A stretch of 53,769 bases of DNA from a virus (Duplodnaviria; Caudoviricetes). The position numbers were made by a program, and so were the translations under genes. The notes beneath the pieces are model-generated. The model was not told the DNA's origin and ran no database searches. It was given only the letters and a program-made list of their open reading frames with translations. Below, piece by piece: positions 48,601 through 53,769 of the stretch (within the stretch, counting starts at the first letter, position 1; every line of letters starts with the position of its first letter). The stretch is taken from positions 1-53,769 of the IMG/VR virus record IMGVR_UViG_3300021197_002023; one strand, 5' to 3'.

Positions 48601-49580
48601 TTCAAGGTACTAACGACGCTTGGATTATCGAAACAAAATTTGAGTGCCCCTCTGTCAATATGGCGCACATGGACACTGCCTCCCTCGGTGCGGGAATAGG
48701 GGATGGAAAAGAAAAATATCACACAAGAGGCATTTGGAAGGGGTATGGAGTAGTACCATCTGGATCAGAGGGTCTTTTCTTGCAATTGAAAGAAAGCTAT
48801 CCACAAGTAACAAATGATATTGGTGGAACTGTGTCTGGTGAGCTAACTGGCTCTCTTATTGATGTATGTGGGTTTAAAGCATCCAAAGAAAGAATCGGAG
48901 AGATGAGAAGTAAAAAAACAATTTCAGAGGCTATTGTTGCAGTTCCAATTGATGAAAAAGGAAATTTCTACACCATAGATCCTGCTATGTTTGAAAAACA
49001 AAGATTGAATTATGAGACAAGCAATAAAGCTCTAATGGCAGGCGACTTTGGCATCGAAAACGATATTGGAGAAACTTCAATTACACAGATGATTGAAAAA
49101 ATGAAAAAGTTCTCCCTTCCCCCTCAAATGGATTTTCTAAACAACCCCAATGTTGATCCTTTTGTTATGTATATATTTGACTTTACTCACACCCTTGATA
49201 AGCAGGATTTGGCAGATATTTGGCAGAACTTAATGCCGAAAATCTCCACGACAGCGGAGAGGGGCACCTCTGCCATTGAGCACGAGATAGGGGTTAATTA
49301 TGAGTTCTTTGGTCGGTATAAAAAAGGGCAATTGCCTGATAATATTAGGTGGATGGTTTTTAAGGTAAAGCAGAAGGCAAGAAATAATTACTTCAATGTC
49401 ACACAACAGTCTGAGGTTGCAAAAGGATTCACCTTTACTGCCCTCAAGGAACTGCAAGGCATCGGATCAAATCCAGAAGCGGAATTAACATACAGTTACA
49501 ACTGGCCGTATGATTTCTTTTCTCTTGTTGAGTTGGCGCAAATTGAATCAGAGGTTGTTTTTGAGCCTCCAAAAGAATAG
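39681..49580 (+). CDS. Giant virion protein (3299 aa): LamG/concanavalin-like domain plus gp7/P2 gpI-like baseplate wedge segment
   Basis: TVEFWLK...WNHWAFT...LYANGE...FDEFRFW (LamG-like); LIYINKSKGTIKSITNMMRCFG (wedge KGT motif); a second possible LamG-like block near WNFSVR...SSCRYW. Confidence 0.65.
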   Translation: MNIYDLYGGTFSGGPGKIEVIAKNPGASIVKPGSMKEYRVGTSIDQISRKIESPDYISEFSFDRSRYIPQIDFSDPSKFAYFGSAQQYYIKAIENIYRFYPYDGSLKEKLEWHNESSYFDNYVFEKEYPRTNGYVEIGETWGSAATSTLTVAPDQYKLSNAPQYISVKGGPHAASVPTYTSGTYSKNLSFKEAEQKANIYDAESRQMQNFTIDGTKGNTVEFWLKLPLEPSKSQTSPSHAYFDLWNGETIGQNPYGRFLVETRYNNSTGPAGDYVGDSFFHITYMSGTAGVLRAKVGAKELTGALGINLADWNHWAFTVENATTDDLEIKLYANGELIETTLTGSAIQPVRTGSFNALIGAYKHAPDSDAASAGFLGEGNGTLSGSYFDEFRFWTIHRDSDDIKFNWFKQVAGGTNTDYGTARSKFYRDTNPVNLGVYFKFNEGITTSAEHDRVTLDYSGRVSNGYISNYTSAMRSTGSAIVEKKAATREFKDPIIYKFHPDVVAYEHSSSIKGREYDGRNSMFLQNMLPSWIIEEDEFKGKNQALYLNQILASYLDNLYLQIEKMPSLKNIDYVSGSSSGSINKPIPFADRLLANAGLVVPEIFSNANVFESLADRDDEREFERKLNDIKNQIYSNIYNNLIYINKSKGTIKSITNMMRCFGVDDDLYSINFYANNAQLDLKGNFVPKTIRKSYADFSTADKFGASVFQMTQSSNTNSVSFITGSYKGATEASPSADGWDTENSFTLETEVLFPNYPNPIQPGGRERDFNNVSASLFGIHSAVVEAASDPGDTTWAGRDYANFQVYAVREKANNAENESRNVRFILTSSNPLSTDNGLISEMTSQTFKQVYDGDRWNFSVRAYPSKYPNVGYVSGSEDTEYTVQFTGFNMVGDVVKDSFDLTSSISRTNGILFNNSNKRIYVGAHRTNFTGDLLCPTNVKVSSCRYWAIKLEDHELYSHALDPKNYGVYNPMQTSHLLQDRGGQYPVDIPKIKSLWMNWDFDTLTGSDTGEYNGEFSVADFSSGSGENIYKSYISAGAEKQHTGRGVYFPAGNNQTGSISREYVYAYRQQVPENLNNLNAIKVLNRDDEFFTKRTRPVSFSMSVEKSMYQNISEEMINFIAASQEASAMEDLIGRPVNKYRDRYKDLEKVRNIFFTRIGNVPDVDKYIEYFKWLDTSISQMIQQIVPVSSNFSSVRNMIESHIFERSGKYKHKFPTIERVYPKDKSVDEYLNQIQYNSIQTSEGGYNAIATSRLSPETLSIRGSNVSVPSHMARQLTSWSNNHASIENAGDTPDQAESLWWWRNRVEFSADTSKNSGNTALNTSATKTFEAATSRTQQAGYNIILSSEETPISSPNPDSILSFAVDSGGDAISFNDQNRSRPKKDRNFRDVVFREAPAGSGTRLSFNTSTFARQPNTNTLDKIDPNRKFKPEFNVELPSVSTETGVDGRKYAPISFQSSSTSNPFVTGSTPWHIGYELSTQHLQDYYLDNKDIPIQGPFTQQNVGGYAYRHAGLNLGVASTTRQEAWYAYRTITANPNGVRFDFYNIYDLPGGVNAPRATMLREEVAKRPLNIKNIKSTTSSANTQNPYLPPVNELGSTKVYNGNYEKDYQIIQIADRDTNNRYFVDNGGISTASAASTGTPSVSGSYDWTVPDRGKNEHIFVSRFSAPGGPEVNGQAFLNYESEVYSPYNAMTYRNLSVRQPLQTLLTRHTAFGGLENDPGDAASLTKAIKITGVANNDRFTVIVPSAISGSNTTITIRVLSTALGTPPSNEAQVREGSSAEATRNRMVGLINGNNGVATTVYKYGAGSGDYTSGIAGITATAVDDGGQFFITITANKDGAAGNGTIFTDVAGTMIAGGGAGSSPARLFGGRGVSFRASFHKTQRNAIRRIKYTDIFGTAATSSIYDNYYVQHQIPQSDRQYAWISASAVTTPLGFSQKDYANRSFASTDIAFVTASDFGAFINTSLLGNGKYIFGRPAASAGALFLPQDFIGLNNFTYLSANEMDNNTLSFNLNTDFVGATIVGGALGSAAPVEGLNINLLKGNGPYGYPSWKQIQNSYNPIVRYMKRINRFSILTENITISPGDLKQQYLKTQTLQNFTEPMVSFKYKPIEHDLIAITEKDEQTKIEIDSSYSNCLSGFANNKIDLLLNYKKNINDIKLVYNSLKNMYLGNNIPSGSNPVKGLEKLSYREVVYPRERNTGLAKTRSRENYTVSSGSSDFNLRLGDSLAFWKDNINDRLRSDAEARNAQGLIIASGSSYFGLTDMSIWPLDAEEPFLDLYQISSSAGQDGKHDPYYWAPLSPSSAAGTPLGGLNPARTSRIGNLNKNGELSYAGYIYGLFGINIQGKVRQEGALTGSGPLPNFLGNGTSDDGLNYSPSASFQYEYPSMMMSGAIAGSRFNSPSASLHLMAPYRADILSGKTPWFNSYEDYAEDIRRIAKDYTVIPEFRISDHIDYYLKEGFFADNNKFLDIIGASLANTSSATAETGSFQPDFFKVYSHSDFMKHFSIIQEDHKKNSTAFASTLRLEASAIKKLLPYQGFYPVLRSMQLGQLFSSSYAPFITGSNARDGAQERLAALYQPFFAPGIFFNTIKSGIAVSYPVHTASAPILDKANGLTVSVPTSASLFVSNVYTTTPNYNFPFEAILDPDQYLPLSSSLTSSTINTLSSSVYFVYPNFTGSVAGNAFFDSYYTAQTVDNPYTPYGGVVRDQPQFFFEWQGQSDPKYSIAASNFFAETVDFFLDRGTLTSFISKPEKDFKSMVSGSTYYMDVLLYKTDDYVSYEGPPSGTFNYDGGAKYADGGFLSDALKNANGDGFLNKGISARGMHYGPSYKSSGIAWGSTGTGSVPYAAFRAQDPTYAPHTPPYFYGTSRARIGFKPDKVRDMTSGESSKFTLEEVLSNAKVETIYQNENERAKTLQEDSYRNNFAAGISQMQLSSSVNLFGQITLKEIQYGTERNRDGTFKARSATTPVVQGTNDAWIIETKFECPSVNMAHMDTASLGAGIGDGKEKYHTRGIWKGYGVVPSGSEGLFLQLKESYPQVTNDIGGTVSGELTGSLIDVCGFKASKERIGEMRSKKTISEAIVAVPIDEKGNFYTIDPAMFEKQRLNYETSNKALMAGDFGIENDIGETSITQMIEKMKKFSLPPQMDFLNNPNVDPFVMYIFDFTHTLDKQDLADIWQNLMPKISTTAERGTSAIEHEIGVNYEFFGRYKKGQLPDNIRWMVFKVKQKARNNYFNVTQQSEVAKGFTFTALKELQGIGSNPEAELTYSYNWPYDFFSLVELAQIESEVVFEPPKE

Positions 49581-49596
49581 AAATTTAACAATTAAG

Positions 49597-49606
49597 GCTA
49601 TTTATA
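49597..49606 (+). promoter_or_regulatory. Putative late promoter GCTATTTATA
   Basis: CTATTTA-TAGGTGTT-ATG, with the same 8-nt spacing and GTGTT as the site at 23766. Confidence 0.5.
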
Positions 49607-49612
49607 GGTGTT

Positions 49613-50716
49613 ATGGAATTTTTTGATAGAAAAGAAGAAGTATTAGATGTACAATTAACTCAGTATGGCAAGTATCTTTTGTCAATTGGAAAATTGAATC
49701 CATCCTATTATGCTTTTTTTGATAGCGATATAGATTATGACAGCCAATATCGGGGAGATCCACCCGCTCCGGGGAATACTCCCGGTCCATCAGAAAACCA
49801 AAAAGATACAGAAGATAGACTAAAGGAAACGCCAAGAATAAAAGCTATCCATAGTCTTGATACGGTAGATAAAAGCTCAATCCAAATGGAAGTCCCTGTG
49901 CAAATAGAGATAAACATACCCAACTCTATATTGGATCAAGAGGCTGGAGCCCCCCCAATAAAGGAAACTATTGTTGAGACTGTCTTTGAAACACAAGATG
50001 TTAATGTCAACTTATTAACACCGGAGTCTTCCAACGAGTTTTTGAGTCAAACTTATGGAGATATACCATACAAATATGTGCCCCCTGAAAAACAAAATGT
50101 ATTGGGGCTAGAATTGCCATTGGGAACTTCGGATTATAATTCACAATATTATCCTGCTTTTGAATTAGTTTTTGGAAAGAGCAAAATTAAAGATTCTATA
50201 TATTACGATGATCATAAATTTGGAGTATTTAGAATTCCCCAAATAGAAGTAGAGGTAACATTCGAGACTACAGTTGGGACGGCAACTGACAAGGCAGATT
50301 TTAGTATTAAAGAGGTTGTTTCCATCAAGGATTCTAATGAACCGGCAAATTATAATTATACAAAAGTATCAGAAGACGGAACTTACATAAAGGTAGAAGA
50401 AGACTACATCTATATAAATTTAAAAGAATTAAATTCTTTAGAAGACAAGGAAAATTTTGTAATAGAGGTATACGAGGTAGAAAACCCAGACACATCAGAC
50501 GAGGTATTGCATCCACTAAGATTCTCTGGAGAATATATGAACGATCTTTATTCAGATTATCTATACGACAAAACAAACAACTCTTTAGAGGCAGGAAACA
50601 AGTTTGTTGAGTATTTCTTTAAATTAACAGTTGATGACGAGATAAAGTCTGCACCAGAAGCAGGTAAAATTTCCGTTCCGTTGCCAACTAATGATTTTGA
50701 TGTTTGCGAGGATTAA
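49613..50716 (+). CDS. Hypothetical acidic protein, probably structural (367 aa)
   Basis: ORF in the structural module; N-terminus DVQLTQYGKYLLSIGKLNPSYYAFFDSDIDYD; no function assigned. Confidence 0.65.
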   Translation: MEFFDRKEEVLDVQLTQYGKYLLSIGKLNPSYYAFFDSDIDYDSQYRGDPPAPGNTPGPSENQKDTEDRLKETPRIKAIHSLDTVDKSSIQMEVPVQIEINIPNSILDQEAGAPPIKETIVETVFETQDVNVNLLTPESSNEFLSQTYGDIPYKYVPPEKQNVLGLELPLGTSDYNSQYYPAFELVFGKSKIKDSIYYDDHKFGVFRIPQIEVEVTFETTVGTATDKADFSIKEVVSIKDSNEPANYNYTKVSEDGTYIKVEEDYIYINLKELNSLEDKENFVIEVYEVENPDTSDEVLHPLRFSGEYMNDLYSDYLYDKTNNSLEAGNKFVEYFFKLTVDDEIKSAPEAGKISVPLPTNDFDVCED

Positions 50717-50722
50717 TAAGGT

Positions 50723-53700
50723 ATGGCTTACAATGTATCAGAACGAGATTTGAGTGGCGGTGTATTGCCAAATATTTATATCACCAATATTGATTTGTCG
50801 GCAGGAGCCATGTCATCTCGCTCAAAAAATGAAAATCCGCACACTTCCGCAGGATCAAATTCAACAAGGGGGTCTGCAAGTCCCACCAATCAATCTGCAA
50901 GTGGCAAGCCTGTTAAATCTGGGTCCCTAAAGGTAAATTTAAGCATGCATTTCAAAGCTAAAGGTTTGAATGCAGCATTAAATACGGGACTAACAAAGCA
51001 TTTAAAAGTTTTGTTAATACAGTGTACTAGCGAGACGTTGCATGACAGGTTGACTTCTGATATTTCGAATTTTATGTCCTCCTACATTGATACAGGCTCC
51101 ATGAGAGATGTTGAAGGTAAGCATTTTTCATATAGAATAATTTCTGCTTCAAACATAAAAAGTAATCTTTCCAAAAAAAGCACCACCAGTGGAAAAAGTG
51201 GATCTTCTCTTAGTAATATTTCACTCGATCAGAGTTTCACCTTAAATACACACCAAGACACCCCGGATGTCACATTCCTATCCTACTTTGCAATACCTTT
51301 CTTGGATAGAAATGAAATGCAATATGACTATGACGGGTCGTCTGAGTTTGGTAGAAATGATAGAAGAATCTTGTCTATGTCTTCCTTTGGAAACGTTTCA
51401 TCGGAAATTGTATTAAAGGGCGGCAGAACGAATAAAAAATCGTTTGCTTTTAAAAGCACAAGCATGAATGAATTTTGGATCGGTCCCAAGCACCAGATGG
51501 ATGATGGCTCATATATGAAGTATTCTTCTCACGGTGGAAATCCTAAAAATAACTTATTGATGATTGAGGTTGATAATATTAAAGTAAAAGACCACAGAGT
51601 ATATGATAAAATTTGTGGTTTAGATATTAACTTATTTGATGAGGAAAGCAGCATCATAGAAGATGAAAAAATAATCTCTGAGGCTAGAAAAGACCGTAGC
51701 TTATCTATGATAAATAAGAAAAATCATGATTTTATTTCTGAATTTATGATTACTAGAGACACGTTCAATAATGCTAGATTCATGTTCTCTATAGACGTTG
51801 AAGGTATGATTAGGAGTGCAACAGATTTTCCCATGTTTCTTTCGAATGTTAAATCATCAGATCATAATTTGTACAATACTTTAATAAAAAACACAAAAAT
51901 AAGAAATCTGAAGATTAGCAGAAGAACAATTAAGACCAATCAGGACACTAGCCTTCTTTTCAAAAAAGCCCCCTTTGTTGAGGGAGAAGAGAGCATAGTA
52001 ATATTAGAAACAGCCGATTCTAATAAAAGTTCTGGCTATTTAAAGCCAATCATTTATACTACGAATACAATTCAAGACCAAAGCGGAGAGTTATTGGGGG
52101 TTCAACCTCGCCCATTGGGATCTTTGGAGGAACTATCAATTGTGGTTACGTCTGGGAACGCTCCTGTAAGACATTTCAGCGGATCAGATTTTGATGTTTC
52201 AAAGAAAAAATCAGGGACGTATGAATATGTGCTGGAATTGGAGTTTGAAGATCCTGTGCTCCCAATGATGAAAACAATGCTTAACAAGTTAAAGCAGCTA
52301 ATATATGGCACAAGTCCATACGGAACATCTGGTCTCGAACAATACCACAGGGACAGCATTTCTCAGCCCGATGCATATGATAGTATTACAAATCAATTTA
52401 ATATGAGTTTTATAAATTTTTATAATAAAAAATATGGCGGCACTGACCAAAATATTAATGAAAATTTCATTTTCTACGCTGTAAATACGTTCATCAACAT
52501 GCTTTATTCTCTTTCTGGCACCGCAGGTTTTGGTCAGCAGTATATGTCCCAAGAGGATGCCCTGATGTATCTAACAAATATGTCTAGCCCAAATTCAGGA
52601 TCCCCAGAAGGAATTAGCAAATTTTTACAATTAGCTTATATTTTTCAAGAAAAAATCGAAGGAGTGATTCTAAAAAATTCAAGATATAAGAAATATAGAG
52701 GAGGAGGATTTGAAGAAGTCTTGGCTAACAACAAAGGCATACAATCGTCTAATGAGAGGAAGAATCAAAAAATTTCTCACACTTTTAAAGAAACCTATAA
52801 TTCAAATACAAATTCCCAAATTGGTTATGAATACCTGTTTAGCTCATCTTCCGATAAAGAAAACAACCTTAATGGTTTGACATTGTTTTCTGATTCTATA
52901 ATTAAAGAAAGGTTTAAACTAGAAACACAAAAATACTTTAAAGCACTTAACGCAGATGTGTCAATAGTTGATAAAGACAACAATGAATATAACCCCGGCG
53001 AAAATATAGAAAATACTAAATATTCTTTTTTGAGCACCTCAAACATATATTTATTAGAGAGTGACAAGAATATTATTTTTTCGAATGTTAATAAAAGAAT
53101 TAAAACACCAGAATTTAAAAAAATGAACGAGGTGTTGTCTCGTGTTTTGACATATAACTACGCAAAAGATACGCTTATTAACATGAGCGCTAGGCAAGAT
53201 GTAGATAATTCTGGATATAAATTGATACAAACATTAAATCAAGCATCTGTTGGAAATTCTAGAGACCTAAGAAGAGGAAAAGATCGTGCAAATTCCCATA
53301 GCGTATTCAAGGAAGGGGCAAAGAAAGAGTTAATTGATGATGGAGAGTTGCTATTCGTTGAACGAGAAGGTGATAGTGTGATATCATCTAACATGGTCGA
53401 CGATTACAAGAGGGTATTGATGTTGAGTAATTTTATATCAAATTCTGATTTTTTGAATGAAAATAATTCATCAAAATATTATTTCTTGAATGACGAAAAC
53501 GGAGCTAATAAAATTAAGGACAGAGCAAACTATAATCCCACAGGCTTAATTGGGGCACCCAACCAAATAAAATCTTTATTTCTATCTTTTCTGGGGTCTG
53601 ATAAGGTATATAACAATAGCGCATTTGAAGGCATGGGGAATTTATACGATATAAGCTCTGATGTTTTTAGAAACCCAGAATATGCAGGATTTATATTCTT

Positions 53701-53769
53701 TAATTACAAAAATTTAAGAAGAATAGAGGTATTCAAGGGATATGGAATGACAAAAGGCAAGCTTGATAT
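50723..53769 (+). CDS. Large hypothetical protein (more than 1015 aa), 3' truncated by the window edge
   Basis: ATG 50723 after AAGG, reading MAYNVSERDLSGGVLPNIYITNIDL...; the same frame is still open at the end (NYKNLRRIEVFKGYGMTKGKLD); absent from the ORF track, consistent with having no stop codon. Confidence 0.8.
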   Translation, partial: MAYNVSERDLSGGVLPNIYITNIDLSAGAMSSRSKNENPHTSAGSNSTRGSASPTNQSASGKPVKSGSLKVNLSMHFKAKGLNAALNTGLTKHLKVLLIQCTSETLHDRLTSDISNFMSSYIDTGSMRDVEGKHFSYRIISASNIKSNLSKKSTTSGKSGSSLSNISLDQSFTLNTHQDTPDVTFLSYFAIPFLDRNEMQYDYDGSSEFGRNDRRILSMSSFGNVSSEIVLKGGRTNKKSFAFKSTSMNEFWIGPKHQMDDGSYMKYSSHGGNPKNNLLMIEVDNIKVKDHRVYDKICGLDINLFDEESSIIEDEKIISEARKDRSLSMINKKNHDFISEFMITRDTFNNARFMFSIDVEGMIRSATDFPMFLSNVKSSDHNLYNTLIKNTKIRNLKISRRTIKTNQDTSLLFKKAPFVEGEESIVILETADSNKSSGYLKPIIYTTNTIQDQSGELLGVQPRPLGSLEELSIVVTSGNAPVRHFSGSDFDVSKKKSGTYEYVLELEFEDPVLPMMKTMLNKLKQLIYGTSPYGTSGLEQYHRDSISQPDAYDSITNQFNMSFINFYNKKYGGTDQNINENFIFYAVNTFINMLYSLSGTAGFGQQYMSQEDALMYLTNMSSPNSGSPEGISKFLQLAYIFQEKIEGVILKNSRYKKYRGGGFEEVLANNKGIQSSNERKNQKISHTFKETYNSNTNSQIGYEYLFSSSSDKENNLNGLTLFSDSIIKERFKLETQKYFKALNADVSIVDKDNNEYNPGENIENTKYSFLSTSNIYLLESDKNIIFSNVNKRIKTPEFKKMNEVLSRVLTYNYAKDTLINMSARQDVDNSGYKLIQTLNQASVGNSRDLRRGKDRANSHSVFKEGAKKELIDDGELLFVEREGDSVISSNMVDDYKRVLMLSNFISNSDFLNENNSSKYYFLNDENGANKIKDRANYNPTGLIGAPNQIKSLFLSFLGSDKVYNNSAFEGMGNLYDISSDVFRNPEYAGFIFFNYKNLRRIEVFKGYGMTKGKLD

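Larger units (their letters stand above)
1..53769. mobile_element. Segment of a large myovirus-like (probably jumbo) bacteriophage genome
   Basis: gp25-, gp6- and gp5-like baseplate genes, gp55-like sigma factor, PhoH, solo Cas4-like nuclease, tRNAs, giant structural ORFs, near-zero intergenic spacing; no integrase, att site or host housekeeping flank visible. Confidence 0.9.

Noticed and set aside
26537-49580. Inteins, introns or DGR-type repeats in the giant ORFs
   Set aside because: No intein splice motifs, homing endonuclease, reverse transcriptase or near-identical DNA repeats recognised by eye
49599-49606. T4 late promoter TATAAATA on the minus strand (also at 1932-1939)
   Set aside because: At 49599 it would fire antisense into a structural gene, and other copies conserve only CTA(T/C)TTA in the gene-sense orientation; at 1932 it could face the protease gene, so that site remains ambiguous
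24206-53067. Many short antisense or alternate-frame ORFs in the track (e.g. 24768..25271, 32080..32697, 43703..44104)
   Set aside because: They are nested within long, motif-supported + strand genes and have no recognisable motifs; likely shadow ORFs
1-53769. Stop-codon reassignment
   Set aside because: ORFs up to 9.9 kb are open in the standard code; TAA, TGA and TAG all end genes at sensible coupled boundaries

Overview
This window looks like part of a large (probably jumbo) myovirus-like phage genome. It is AT-rich, densely coded almost entirely on the + strand, and reads with the standard genetic code. From left to right it carries: (i) a truncated HIGH-motif cytidylyltransferase, a DUF3307-like membrane protein, tRNA-Leu(UAA), a lipoprotein trypsin-like protease, PIN-PhoH, tRNA(CAU, Ile2-like), an HExxH metallopeptidase and a solo Cas4-like nuclease; (ii) a tightly coupled 18-gene, ~17 kb glycan biosynthesis/transfer cluster (5153-22312) with five glycosyltransferase genes, ColD/ColC-like colitose enzymes, WecB, Ugd, RmlB, amino-, acetyl- and formyltransferases, an SGNH hydrolase, a B12 radical SAM enzyme and NadE; (iii) a gp55-like late sigma factor block; (iv) a baseplate/tail module with a split gp5 carrying a MepA peptidase, gp25, gp6 and giant 2966-aa and 3299-aa proteins, ending in an ORF of more than 1015 aa that runs off the window. 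The strongest novel signal is a candidate phage-encoded virion O-glycosylation system: the glycan cluster lies beside structural proteins, some of which are selectively rich in an [S/T]-[G/A/S]-S tripeptide. Other signals are a recurrent CTA(T/C)TTA late-promoter-like motif, apparent avoidance of CCWGG and G.U-rich tRNA stems. All calls come from motif recognition and hand counts; no database search was run.
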